Assembly: GCA_964016885.1 (NCBI GenBank)
Contig: OZ024758.1
Location: 8,928,001-8,992,000 of the forward strand
Direction: 5' to 3'
Origin: Eledone cirrhosa
Taxonomy: Eukaryota
DNA: 64,000 nt
Under the pieces are notes generated by a model. That model did no database searches. It was not told the DNA's origin and worked only from the letters and a program-made list of their open reading frames with translations. Numbering within the stretch: position 1 is the stretch's first letter; each line of letters begins with the position of its first letter. Below, one piece after another: positions 39,101 to 48,120 of the stretch. A program made the position numbers and the translations under genes.

Positions 39101-39606
39101 TAAAGACAACCACTGTAATAAGTAGCACCAAAATTATCCAAATCCTTTTATTATTTTTTTCTTAAATATGTAAGTATCGAACTCAAGAATAATTAATTTG
39201 ACTTTTATCAAAAACTGACATATAGTTCTCAAGAAATTCAGTAAATGGTGTATGCAAAGCTAAAGCAAATACGCAGCCATTCTAACAAATTGCACCATGT
39301 GCTTTGCTTAATTTTCAAGAGAAAAGCAACAAGAGAGAAACCAATATGTAAAAACCTTTACTTGACGACGTATATAATATAGAAAATGCTTTACCACGTA
39401 TACACATTCAACAAATCTATGTATGAATATGTAAAACGTCTTATTACTTATACTGAATTCACTTGAAAAGTGTGTGTATGTGGGGCAAGTAGTGAGTATT
39501 TATCTACATTGTATTAACTGTGTTCCGAACTAGGATGGGATACTTACGAATTGGTATGTAGATATTCAAAACTCAGCTGGGCTCGACTCAGGCTGCTGTA
39601 GGCCAT
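154..39606 (-). CDS. MORC2: MORC family CW-type zinc finger protein 2 (GHKL ATPase); spliced gene, 17 coding exons in window, 3' part beyond left edge
   Basis: Joined exons read [40 protein letters not shown]...[11 protein letters not shown]...[15 protein letters not shown]...[19 protein letters not shown]...[22 protein letters not shown]...[12 protein letters not shown]...WVCSMNPD, collinear with vertebrate MORC2 as recalled; all intron phases are compatible. Confidence 0.97.
716..819 (-). CDS. MORC2: MORC2 exon 16 ([34 protein letters not shown])
   Basis: 104 nt, ttttcccag|...G|gtatgt. Confidence 0.96.
1536..1560 (-). CDS. MORC2: MORC2 micro-exon 15 (HQTGITSFW)
   Basis: 25 nt, ttttacag|...TG|gtaaat; matches AQRGIIKFW and bridges phase 1-2. 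Confidence 0.9.
1661..1826. repeat. 20-bp minisatellite (acacacatacaggtacacca) x about 8
   Basis: Direct tandem copies; source of ORFs 1491..1826, 1598..1879 and overlapping ones. Confidence 0.95.
2555..2689 (-). CDS. MORC2: MORC2 exon 14 ([44 protein letters not shown])
   Basis: 135 nt, ctgctacag|...|gtaagt; MORC signature PTHNKQDF. Confidence 0.97.
2762..2893. repeat. About 26-bp tandem repeat (aacattccgtcattggaggtttagtc) x about 5
   Basis: Imperfect direct copies upstream of the exon 14 acceptor. Confidence 0.85.
3556..3770 (+). mobile_element. tRNA-derived SINE, family A
   Basis: Core gagttcaaatcc...aactttgcctttcatcc...taccagt shared with many copies in the window. Confidence 0.85.
4161..4180 (-). 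CDS. MORC2: MORC2 micro-exon 13 (CCSGIVG)
   Basis: 20 nt, long polypyrimidine tract then ttcatttcag|...G|gtaagt; supplies the missing CGGVVG segment and the phase 2-1 bridge. Confidence 0.92.
4980..5202 (-). mobile_element. SINE family A, long-tail subfamily
   Basis: Reverse complement of the 6383 copy including the ctggaagaaatc tail. Confidence 0.88.
5581..5721 (-). CDS. MORC2: MORC2 exon 12 ([48 protein letters not shown]5 fold)
   Basis: 141 nt, ttttcag|...|gtaagt. Confidence 0.96.
5984..6069 (-). CDS. MORC2: MORC2 exon 11 ([29 protein letters not shown])
   Basis: 86 nt, atttcag|...|gtaagt, phase 0-2. Confidence 0.93.
6383..6708 (+). mobile_element. SINE family A, long-tail subfamily
   Basis: A/B-box-like head tggcagagtc / gagttcaaatccc; similar to 27738, 46432 and 53938 copies. 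Confidence 0.88.
6794..6839 (-). CDS. MORC2: MORC2 exon 10 ([15 protein letters not shown])
   Basis: 46 nt, ctttatag|...|gtaagt, phase 2-0, after a 101-nt intron. Confidence 0.9.
6941..7186 (-). CDS. MORC2: MORC2 exon 9 ([21 protein letters not shown]...[13 protein letters not shown], start of coiled coil CC1)
   Basis: 246 nt, ttctctag|...|gtaaga; within ORF 6937..7242. Confidence 0.96.
7406..7577. mobile_element. Mariner-type MITE
   Basis: TIRs gctgaaaagatcataggctga / tcagcctatgaacttttcagc, TA flanks; related TIRs at 32458, 55444 and 57260. Confidence 0.8.
7960..8180 (-). CDS. MORC2: MORC2 exon 8 ([14 protein letters not shown]...[21 protein letters not shown]...DSDEG)
   Basis: 221 nt, ttctttacag|...GG|gtaggt; within ORF 7956..8243. 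Confidence 0.95.
8385..8840 (+). mobile_element. RTE-clade LINE 3' fragment, degraded
   Basis: Decayed ORF motifs [35 protein letters not shown]. Confidence 0.8.
9100..9174 (-). CDS. MORC2: MORC2 exon 7 ([25 protein letters not shown]), probable GC donor
   Basis: 75 nt, ttatag|...AAA|gcaagt; the GC donor gives a phase 0 join to exon 8. Confidence 0.88.
9274..9500. repeat. 75-bp tandem repeat x3
   Basis: gacaagaatttatgtttgacatg... at 9274, 9349 and 9424, near identical. Confidence 0.95.
10003..10111 (-). CDS. MORC2: MORC2 exon 6 ([36 protein letters not shown])
   Basis: 109 nt, ttttcag|...|gtcagt, phase 2-0. Confidence 0.96.
10188..10450. repeat. Unclassified dispersed repeat (copies at 25284-25550 and inverted at 51392-51596)
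   Basis: Shared aattgcaggttggtgaggctatttaacccatagt core and (ccaat)n end. Confidence 0.85.
10826..11115 (+). mobile_element. tRNA-derived SINE, family B
   Basis: A box tggcctagtgg, B box gttcgatt, (gacttta)n tail; similar to 46965-47225. Confidence 0.85.
11375..11465 (-). CDS. MORC2: MORC2 exon 5 ([33 protein letters not shown] lid GxxGxG)
   Basis: 91 nt, ccacag|...|gtatgt, phase 1-2. Confidence 0.96.
11938..12230. repeat. Degenerate AT-rich minisatellite (tataccatcacattacagt)
   Basis: Repeated variants immediately after the exon 4 donor. Confidence 0.8.
12239..12307 (-). CDS. MORC2: MORC2 exon 4 ([22 protein letters not shown], DxGxG motif)
   Basis: 69 nt, ttttcag|...|gtaaga; seen within ORF 12144..12383. 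Confidence 0.96.
12844..13007. mobile_element. Tc2/pogo-type MITE
   Basis: ta|CTGTATTTCCCAGTGTCGAAG ... CTTCGGCGTCGGGAAATACGG|ta. Confidence 0.8.
13866..14262 (+). repeat. Unclassified dispersed repeat (second copy 58848-59385)
   Basis: Shared gatagtctagcagaacagg...gtaagccttgataaaaatc...gaatgcttcaccttcg. Confidence 0.85.
14401..14435 (-). CDS. MORC2: MORC2 exon 3 ([11 protein letters not shown])
   Basis: 35 nt, ttttcag|...|gtaagt, phase 2-1. Confidence 0.93.
15085..15268 (-). mobile_element. SINE family A
   Basis: Close to the 49118 and 57770 copies. Confidence 0.88.
17857..17910 (-). CDS. MORC2: MORC2 exon 2 ([22 protein letters not shown] motif I)
   Basis: 54 nt, tttcag|...|gtattt, phase 2-2. 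Confidence 0.96.
17962..18294. mobile_element. hAT/Charlie-like MITE with internal about 17-bp minisatellite
   Basis: TIRs cagtgattttaat / attaaaaactactg; 8-bp TSD-like atctaatg / atctaggg. Confidence 0.65.
19420..19822 (-). mobile_element. tRNA-derived SINE with (ATG)n tail
   Basis: Reverse of 44468-44795; related to 48478-48710. Confidence 0.85.
21300..21450 (+). mobile_element. CRE/REL-endonuclease-type non-LTR retrotransposon C-terminal remnant
   Basis: [20 protein letters not shown] resembles the QRLSLAVQRGNAASIL terminal motif. Confidence 0.55.
22815..23000 (-). mobile_element. SINE family A
   Basis: Shared core in reverse orientation. Confidence 0.8.
23263..24315. repeat. Compound (GTG/GAT/GTA) trinucleotide array with 138-bp higher-order period
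   Basis: gaagtgatgg recurs at 23453, 23591, 23729, 23867, 24005 and 24143. Confidence 0.95.
25776..25981. mobile_element. Degenerate Tc2/pogo-type MITE
   Basis: ta|CTGTATATACTCAAATATAA ... TTATTTTTGAGTATATATGG|ta. Confidence 0.7.
27738..28075 (+). mobile_element. SINE family A, long-tail subfamily
   Basis: Shared head, core and tail. Confidence 0.88.
28180..28440 (-). mobile_element. Highly degraded RTE-like LINE fragment
   Basis: Minus strand reads GLGHVLRK-like motif. Confidence 0.45.
28834..29757. repeat. 24-bp minisatellite (catgtagttctagttacagtatta) x about 38
   Basis: Homogeneous tandem array with recurring 27-bp and tatctagttatag variants. Confidence 0.97.
30207..30446. mobile_element. 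TTAA-flanked (piggyBac-like) non-autonomous element
   Basis: ttaaCCCTTTCATGACC...GGTAACAAAACGGttaa; related copy at about 16947-17096; related TTAA family at 14490-14612 and 17097-17315. Confidence 0.6.
30730..31326. mobile_element. Foldback/MITE-like element with 135-150-bp imperfect inverted arms
   Basis: 30730-30878 is the reverse complement of 31192-31326 (ttttctaaaagcctgag...ttctttaaataatttt). Confidence 0.75.
30925..31121 (-). mobile_element. RTE LINE 3' fragment with 10-bp target site duplication
   Basis: Reverse copy of the gtggttagaatgtctcaggaaagaat family; aaatggattt at 30915-30924 and 31122-31131. Confidence 0.8.
31610..32222 (+). mobile_element. RTE-clade LINE 3' fragment
   Basis: [47 protein letters not shown] with frameshifts. 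Confidence 0.9.
34315..36358. repeat. About 30-bp minisatellite (gagatgattggtggatggtttgttggttca), about 2 kb
   Basis: Homogeneous core 34620-34890, degenerate flanks. Confidence 0.97.
39046..39053. promoter_or_regulatory. Full CRE palindrome TGACGTCA in MORC2 intron 1
   Basis: Exact motif about 0.5 kb from exon 1; function not shown. Confidence 0.35.
39548..39606 (-). CDS. MORC2: MORC2 exon 1 ([20 protein letters not shown])
   Basis: ATG in CAACATGG context, 59 nt, donor TC|gtaagt; matches MORC2 N-terminus [13 protein letters not shown]. Confidence 0.95.
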
Positions 39607-40585
39607 GTTGAGTTAAAGGAAATGTCTTTAACCCGCCAGAAAAAAAAAGAAAAAGGGGGGAAAATCAAAAACTAAATTAATTAAGAAATGAAATATGAAA
39701 ATAAAAAAAAAATAAAATTCCAAATTCAGTTATATATATATATATATGCCTTAACAGTTTACCGTTGGCCTTTCTTTTTTTGTTGTTGTTTTAAGTAAAC
39801 TGTTTACGTTGATAAACAGAAATCCATATCCGAAGTGGTTTTAAGTCAAAACTAGTATCGGGGGGAAATCAAGATGAATTATGTGGAGGCTGTCCACGCC
39901 TTCCCCTGGTTTATATGGTGGGTTGGTGGTATGGTGGTGTCGGCTTCCACTGTATATCATAGACGTCGACATATTGCTGGAATAAGTGTGCTAGCAACTT
40001 TTTAAATCACATAGGCATCTTTTGGCCCCTTCCAAGAACGAAATGTTGATTTGATTTGATTTGATTTTAGTGATAAGCTCAACAGCCACTTGTTATAGGA
40101 AGAATATTATAGGAAATTAAGAGAGAGAGAGAGAAAAATTGCAGTGAAGCCAAAAAGAATTCTAAAAATGGAATAATTCACAAAAATTGGTAGGGTGAGA
40201 AGAAAATATCTGAAGACTACTGTAATTTGTTATACAAAAATATACAAACTGTAGAGAGAATAACATTTCTTTGTTTCGTTGTCAACTTTACTTATTTTAT
40301 CGGAAAATAATTCATTATCATAAATAAAAACTTTTTTTTTTTTTAAATCAATTGTATTTTTCTTTTTTTTCGTTTTTTGTTATATTTTTCTTTTTCCATT
40401 AAATTTATTCCAAAATGCCTTACCGTCGGGTGTCGTTGTACCGAAAGTATTTAAGCGGGACGAGACATTAATAAAGAAGAGAGAGAAAATAAAAGGGAGA
40501 TGATTTTTTTTTTCTTTTTTTTTTTATTATTATTATTATTGTGTCGAGAAAGAAGGAGGAAGCTGTAGCAGTTAAGTAGTGAACG
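39607..40585. promoter_or_regulatory. Putative bidirectional promoter / 5'UTR region between MORC2 and CUSTOS
   Basis: Divergent ATGs at 39606(-) and 40586(+); CpGs visibly more frequent than in the MORC2 gene body; no interspersed repeats noticed. Confidence 0.75.
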
Positions 40586-40796
40586 ATGGCAGAAAGTAAG
40601 ACCTGGTCAAACACAGAAAGTGGCAGCTACACACAACATACAGATTCCATGACATGGACATCTACAAGTAAGAAAACCAACTGCAGTAACAACAGTAGTA
40701 GTAGCGACGAAGAAGACCAAGAGGAAATTCAACGACTTAAGGAAGCGGCCATTTCAATAGAGTTACTACATACTGAAGAAGAGAAACGAAGCGCAA
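40586..40796 (+). CDS. C12orf43: Protein CUSTOS (C12orf43-like) exon 1 (MAESKTW...SSSSDEEDQEEIQRLKEAAISIELL...KRSA)
   Basis: Ser/acidic stretch followed by EEIQRLKEAA resembles CUSTOS SSSDAEELERCREAA; donor GCAA|gtaaat, phase 1. Confidence 0.85.
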
Positions 40797-41011
40797 GTAA
40801 ATTTGTCACTTGTGTCTAATTATTATATTCTTTGCTTGCTACCATGTGAAATAACACATTAACATCAGTAACAATAAACCGAGTGTAGTGTATGGTAATA
40901 ATATGAAGATGGGGCGGTACGTAGTTCAATCTAATATCGTATAGTGAATTGGTATTTACAGCCATACATCCCACCCTCATCTCGTAGCAGCCATGCCGCC
41001 GCCGCCGCTAC

Positions 41012-41019
41012 TGACGTCA
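41012..41019. promoter_or_regulatory. Full CRE palindrome TGACGTCA in CUSTOS intron 1
   Basis: Exact motif next to (GCC)n, about 0.2 kb from exon 1; function not shown. Confidence 0.35.
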
Positions 41020-44000
41020 AGCGTCTACTACCATATATGGTATTGGTATGCTTGTATTATGCTAATCAGCCACATGTGTCTGTCGGTCGTCAGCTGCCAT
41101 GTTCGATGAGTAGTAAATTAGAGTAGCGATGCTTTCCTCCTTATTTTGTGTTAATATCAACTATGCGAAATGTTTATTTTTCGTTATAGAATGCCATGGG
41201 TAAAAACGTAATTCTTCCTGTGTAACTGTGTATCTTATTTCTTTATCCGCATCAACGGAGAATGTCTATTGTGTAAATATAATATAAGGAAGATATGGAG
41301 GCAGCCTTCTTCTTCTTCTTCTCCTCGGTGAAGTCAACTGCTGCCAATATGGAGAGATGATTTACTTTTTATCATATCAGTCGTCGTTACTTTTCTAATT
41401 CTATGTTTTAGCTACACAACTATCAGTTGGGGTGGGGGTTTGAGCTATTTGTTTATTTTTAAATGTATTTTTAACCTAATAATCCTCTTCTTTCTTCAAT
41501 GGAGACTGTTGTTGTTGTGTAATTATGTGTATTTAATGTAGATTTCACATTTCAGCAATTATTATTATTTTTCACTTTTGGTTTTAAATTTTAACATATT
41601 TGAAGACTTTTTTGATTTTTTTTTTCTTTCGTGTTTTCTATTTTGGATGCTGCTTGAGAAAATGTCGTTACAACTTTTTAGTTGTCTATAAATGAATACT
41701 ATACATGATTGTGTCTGAACTGGAATTCACACGACTGAAATACTAGCTTTGTTTAACGACCACCTTCACTACAGAGACTCCATTTAGCATCTTCTCAGAG
41801 TTTACTACCGTGTCTGAAGAGACAGCAATTCTACAGTCGTCTCTCTTGCAGCAATATGATTCCTTTTTGTTGTGTTGTGTTGTGTTGTTGTTGTTAAATC
41901 TAATATATCCGTTGTTCTGTGCTGCTCCACTTAACTGTTTAAACTTACCACTTGGCCTCTTCTCTCATATTTACTAACATTTTATAAGGTATGGTTTCTC
42001 CATTATAGATATTCTCTATATCCTTCTGATCTGCATATTTTCCCCATGACATTTTATATCACAATCTACCTAACTCTTAGTTATTTCATATTTCTGGATG
42101 TTTTTCACATTTCTCTTTGATTAGTATATTTTCTCTTCTGTAGGTAGACTGCCATAATTTTCTTTCCTTCCTTGGTTGGCCTCTACTGTATAGACTAAGT
42201 GCCTAGTTTTCTATTTAACGACATTTGGCTAATATATTTCCAAACATCTCCATTTGTATGTGTATTCTATATTGCATTCATTCATTCATTTTTTTTTTTT
42301 TTTTTTTTTTTTTTTTCATGAAGATTATAGGATTTTTTTTATACCTTACCTTTTTTATTCCTTTGTTTATATATTTTCGTTTTTTTTTTTTATTTTTCCA
42401 ATGGATTCAGTACCAAAAATGTTCTTCACTCTCTTGGACCTGTGAAGGGAAGAAAATTAACAAAGGCAGATGTAGAAGTTTTTTTGGTTTTTGTATTTTT
42501 TTAGATTAGTTCATGGTTGCATTTGCATTTTAGGTTGATAATGAATAAATCTGAGATCGCCATCTCGCTGTCTTAAGTGATGATCATCGTGTCTGACAGG
42601 TAGAGAAATAAGAGATGGCTGTTCTGAGTTGACGCAAGACAATCTGTGCCGCTTTAATATGAGAGAAGAAGCACACGATCGCCCCTCCTGGCTGTCCCCC
42701 ACCCACCCACTACTAGCAACTGGGCGCCACCATTCGATGTTGTAGACCACACTCCTCCTTTGTTCCTTCAGTGTATCAACCAGGAATATCTGCTCTACCT
42801 CTGTTTCCAAATCACCAGTAATGTTAACTTCACTTAGATTTCCGCCAAAAAAAAAAAAAAAAAGGGAGTTTGAGGTTTTTAAGAACTCATATTTGTTAAC
42901 ATGAAGATTTTCTTGGATTGCAATTATTATTTTTTTTTTTTTGTCGTTCTTGTCTCTATGAGTCAAGATTTCGCCATATCCTCTTCTTGTTCTGTTCTTT
43001 TTTTCACATAGACCATAGTGTCTCCAAAAGGCAATGTACTAACTGATGAGTAGTTAGCGTGATTACATTATTATATGTTTCTATCTTTCACCTTGACCTT
43101 CACTAATGCTCTTTGTTCTGAAATACTAGTTAGGTGCTTCTTGGTTGTTGTTTTTAATAATGCTCAGGTTTTTATGCAAAACTATTGCTGCAAAAGACTT
43201 ATTTTATTCCTCTTCTAAATAATTCAGTTTATTTCAATTACTGTAAATGATTTAGGTCAATCCGAAATTGTAAATTTGATGATTTTTTTTTTTTTTTTAA
43301 TATAAGTTGCAATCATAATTTGTTTTCTAGATCTTTGTATTTAGTTTCTATTATTTTTCGTTTTTTTCTATTTATTTATTCAGTATTTGACAGCCACCTT
43401 CCACGGTTTTGCAACATCACTTTAACATTGGTAATGTTGGAAACGCAATCAAATCTTTTTGCGTATTGGACATTAAGTATTTTTCACATTGGCTTGGTTA
43501 TAATCTTCCATTTCAAGCATTGATACATTTATTTATTTGTTGCAAGATGCCCTTTTGGTTGCCAATAACAATTTTCTCATCGAGGAGAGATAATTAAAGT
43601 ATGGTGCGTTGTATCTCAAATATTGATTTGTCTTAGTATATTTTTAGCTGGTTGCCTGTAAGTTTTTTTTGTTTTTTTTCTCTTCTTAGTTACAAGATGT
43701 TTTGTATCAATAGCTGTATATTTTCAAATATACATTATATATCCTATTTAATTTCACCAAATGATAGCAGTTTCTTCAAAACAATGCTTTGGATTTATAA
43801 AATTTAACTATTTAGCATCAGATGGTTTGGTCATGAATCGAAGCCCGTAGTAAAGTTAAAGCTAAATCTTATCCTTTAGCTTTCTACGACCTAAATGTAA
43901 GAGGTGCTTTGTCACACATGAGGTGTTTCATATTTAATCTAAATTACAATTGGAATTCAATATCATTAGTTAGCTTACTAAACATTTTACCTTGATATAT

Positions 44001-44348
44001 ATATATATACATATATAAGTACTAAGTTTCCAAAGTTGTTACTTTTATGAGTCGATTGACATTTGTTTTAGTATCATTTATGATTAGAAAACATATATGA
44101 ACAAAGGACAGGTTCGATAGTCTTTTAGTCACAACTGGAATGAACTGAGGCTAAACTAACCAGGTTTACTTAGGCAATGATGACAGATCTGTGTAGTTCA
44201 ACCTGTTACAAATAGCCACAATACATCATTGATACCCTGCTGTCTTAAATTAGGAAAGAACACGTTGGATGATGCCTTATATATATAATTTGTTTCCATT
44301 TTCTTACTTGTGTCTAGCTTTCCATTTCTCTCTCTCCCATTCTATATT

Positions 44349-44381
44349 CTGATGAAAGACAAATGTCCGAAACGTTATGTC
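44349..44381 (+). ncRNA. Minimal type I hammerhead-ribozyme-like motif in a (TA)n-flanked repeat
   Basis: CUGAUGA-aa-GAC-aaau-GUC-c-GAAAC-guuau-GUC; helix I is not supported, so probably decayed. Confidence 0.5.
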
Positions 44382-44467
44382 TCTTTTCCAACTATATCAA
44401 GCATTAAACTAATAAATATCATTGCCTTGTGTTGTTTTCTTTGTTGACTTAAATATATACATATAAG

Positions 44468-44795
44468 TGAAGGCACATGGCTTAGTGGTTAATAGTATTG
44501 GCCTCGCAATCAAAAGGTTGAGTTCAATTCTCAGACCAGGTGATGTGTTGTTTCCTTGAGCAAGACACTTTATTTCACATTGCTCCAGTTTACTCAGCTG
44601 TAGAAATGAGATGATAGGACTGGGGTCTCTATCATTCCACTGCAAAATGGTCGTGGAGGTGCCACGGCAAAAAAGCACCCAGCACTCACTGTAAATGAGG
44701 TTGGTGTTAGGAAGGGCATCCAGCTGTAGAAATCAAGCCAGAATCAGTTCCAGTCCTACTCTTGCAAGCAGGGAAAAGCGGACGTAAAATGATGA
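44468..44795 (+). mobile_element. tRNA-derived SINE with (ATG)n tail
   Basis: tggcttagtgg / gagttcaattc boxes; ttaggaagggcatccagc core. Confidence 0.85.
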
Positions 44796-44979
44796 TATAA
44801 GATGGTCTTGGCTGAAATACCTTTGATCATAGGTCTAAATAACACCAACCACTTCACTAAACAGTAAATGCCAGGACTGTTTTTATGTTTATGCATCCAT
44901 ACTAGGATGATAGACCCTATTAACCTTTTGTACTGCTACCTATCAGTTAATGATATCCATCATATTTGTAAATAAATGT

Positions 44980-45290
44980 GTGGAGGCGTAATGATAAGAG
45001 TGGGATTCACGATTTTGATTCCCATATAGGGCAATCTGTTGTCCTTGAGCAAGGCACTTTATTTTACATTGCTCCAGTTCACTCAGTTTTAGAAATGAGT
45101 TGTGACATCACCAGTGCAAAGCTATATTGGCCTTTGCCTTTCCCTTGAACAACATTGGTGGCGTGGAGACTGGTATGCTTGGGTGACTGCTGGTCTTTCA
45201 CAAAAACACCTTGCCCAGGCTTGTACCTTAGAGGAGGAAACTTTCTAGGTGCAAATCCCATGGTCATTTGTGACCAAAAAGTCTTTACCT
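44980..45290 (+). mobile_element. tRNA-derived SINE
   Basis: tccttgagcaaggcactttattt core shared with other SINE heads. Confidence 0.75.
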
Positions 45291-46431
45291 TTTATATATA
45301 TATATGTGTGTTACAGGGTTTCATATTCTGTCAATGGGTAGCAGCTTGTGAGTGAAATTTTGGAGACAAACTGAAACCTGTTATATGTTTCCTTGTGTAT
45401 AGTTAATGTTTATGTTCTGACAAAAATATATCAATAAAATCACTTGATAAAATAAGTACTGGTTCTTCTATGGTCAACTAAATCTGTTCATGTAAAGTAA
45501 ATAGTCATGGTCACTGCAGATAGTAGCTTTCGCTTTATATAGAAACTAGGAAACATGACGGCTGCAGCTTGATAACATCTGTTTTTAGTCCCGTTACATA
45601 TGCCGAGTTTGTGTATATAAGAGATGAAAGCACTAAATACTATGCTGGTAGAATTTAATGTAATACAATCAATGGTTAGGAGGCAATTTCCCTACAAATT
45701 GTTTGTGTAATCACACAAAACAATTTGTAGCTATCTTGTCTCCTAGTTATTGATTGTGATAAAACAGAAAATTGTTGTAGTTTGCTTGAAGGATTGTAGA
45801 ATATAAAAAAAACTGTGACAGAAAGCTGTAGCAGTGTAGTTGGAACAGTATCAATAAATACAAATGTATTGAACTGTTGTTATCTTAGAAATATTTAGTC
45901 TTGATATTTCAGATAAAATATTCTTTTACAAAGGTGCTAAAAAAGAAAAAATAGGCATTGTATTTCATTCAATTCTAGCCTGTTGTCAATGGCTGGTTTG
46001 TGTGTTTCTGCTTTTTTTTTTCATCAATATAGCTTTGATTTATATTTTCCAATACTTTGATCTATGACTTTGATGGTGATTGCATTGTTGCTGGATACCA
46101 TCAAATTGAATGCTGTGGTGGGAGTTTTATCTATCTTACAATGAAAGGAAACTTGATACATTTTAAAATACATTTATGTCTCCTGCATTTTCCAGATAGC
46201 CAAATATAGACTGGCAGAAGTGGGAATAACAACTATTAACATTGGCTCTTGGTAGTGATAAATCACATACTATATATCCTGTTTGGCCTTCTTCTGTGAT
46301 CAGAACTACATCTGATATCTCTTCAAGACTTACAGCAATTGGCAGTATAATGTCTGGTAAAAAGGGTTTTTACGAAAAAGAACCTTGTCTTTGTATTTTC
46401 CATGAATTGGGAGCTATTACTTGCAAGGTGA

Positions 46432-46730
46432 AGGTGGCAAATTGGCAGTCATTAGAACTTCAGATAGAATGCTTTGTGGTATTCGTTTTGGATCTCTGCT
46501 CTCTGAGTTCAAATCCCACTGAGGTTAACTTTGCCTTTCATCCATTTGAGGTTGATAAAAAAATACCAGTTTAATACTGGGTTGATTCTTCCTCTATAAT
46601 CTCTTTCTCACTTTCTATCCTTTGGAAGAAATCTGTTGTAATCAGACCTGGAGAGGGATGGGCTCTGCCAGGTTTAAAAATGCCCTAGAAACACTGTATA
46701 TGGCACACTTACGACTCCCTCATGAATTAC
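46432..46730 (+). mobile_element. SINE family A, long-tail subfamily
   Basis: Shared head, core and tail. Confidence 0.88.
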
Positions 46731-46964
46731 AGGGGGAAAAAACAAGAACTTGTAAAGTGACAGGCATGTTCAAAATGTACTCAACATGGACACATCATGA
46801 CATTGGAAGCTTCTGTAAATTTTGTATGTACCAAGTACATCTCTGTCATTGTAACAGGAACCTCTCATGTAACTATGTATTGACTCGTTCTCCTTCAATT
46901 CTTGCATTGGTAAATACTCAAGAGAATGGCTCTTTGTATAAATGTTTATACATTGTGGAGCCTG

Positions 46965-47225
46965 TGGAGGCATGTGACCTTGTGGTAAAGGTTTTGGACT
47001 TATGATCATAACATCATGAGTTGATTCCTGGACTGTGTTGTGTTCTTGAACGAAACACTTCATTTCACAATTCTCCAGTATACTCAGCTCAAAATGAATA
47101 CCAATAACTGGTGGTTTAAACTTGCAATGGACTGTCCAAGGGGAGTTTTGTACTCTATCACTTCACTCCACAGAAACTGGGATAAGTACCAGCCTGACTG
47201 GTGGTCCGTGAAGTTTGCCTAAGGT
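46965..47225 (+). mobile_element. tRNA-derived SINE, family B
   Basis: Homologous to the 10826 copy. Confidence 0.8.
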
Positions 47226-47589
47226 ATTCATTTGATGACCACCTGAAAAGACTTGTACAACATTGATCTAGTTTATCAATGCTTGATATGAAATGAAAAT
47301 GTTGGCAAGCTGGCAACACAATAGCAATATATATATATTGACTGACAAACATGGCTTATAATATAATTAATCATCTAATTATCGAAACTAAATATAATAT
47401 TGTTATTATTAGTGCTATGGTCTATAAAATAAATACAAGTTGAGCCAGATGGCAGATGATGCGATCAACCATTAATCAGTTAATCATACACTGTTCAATC
47501 AAGTCTGGTTAAGAAATAACAACTACTAGTCAAATCCTGCAGTAAATTAAACTAAATATATTTCTCAAAAATGTACCATGTATCATTAT

Positions 47590-48120
47590 ACGGCCCTTGC
47601 CATTCTGAGTTCAAATCCTGCCAAGGTTAACTTTGCCTTTCATTCTTACAGAGTCAATAAAATAAAGTACCAGTAATGCACTACGTAATTGCTGGCCTTG
47701 TGCCAAAAGTAGAAACAATTATTAACAGAATAGGTAGGGCGGGGGACATGCTTTGCGGCATATGGTTATGTCCGTTTGAGTTCCAAGTTCAAATCCTGCC
47801 AAGGTTCTCTTTGTCTTTCATCTTTACGGGGTTGATAAAATAAAATACCAGTAATACACTGAGGTCGATTTAATCGACTTTCCCCCCTTCCCCCAAAATT
47901 GTTGGCCTTCTGCTTAAATCAGAAACCGTTATTAACAGAAGAGGTAGAATTGCAGGCAGATGCCGTGCAACATTTAGTTACGTCCCAAATTCAAATTCTA
48001 TACACATCAAGCTATGCTTGCATATTTAGGAGTCGATAATATAAGTACAAGTCAAATACTGTAGATCGATTTAATCAATATTCTTCGTTACCACAAATTT
48101 GAGAATGTGTTCCAACCATT
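47590..48120 (+). mobile_element. Three tandemly arranged SINE family A copies of decreasing conservation
   Basis: Core repeated at about 47605, 47780 and 47990. Confidence 0.75.

Noticed and set aside
42570-42640. Possible box C/D snoRNA (GTGATGA 42577, CTGA 42593 and 42624)
   Set aside because: Too short, only 9 nt before the first CTGA, no clear C' box and no rRNA-complementary guide recognised
43012-43030. Alternative CUSTOS exon 2 candidate (NHSVSKR)
   Set aside because: Needs a weak gcaatg donor; 62699-62750 has canonical sites and the conserved QPSLR motif
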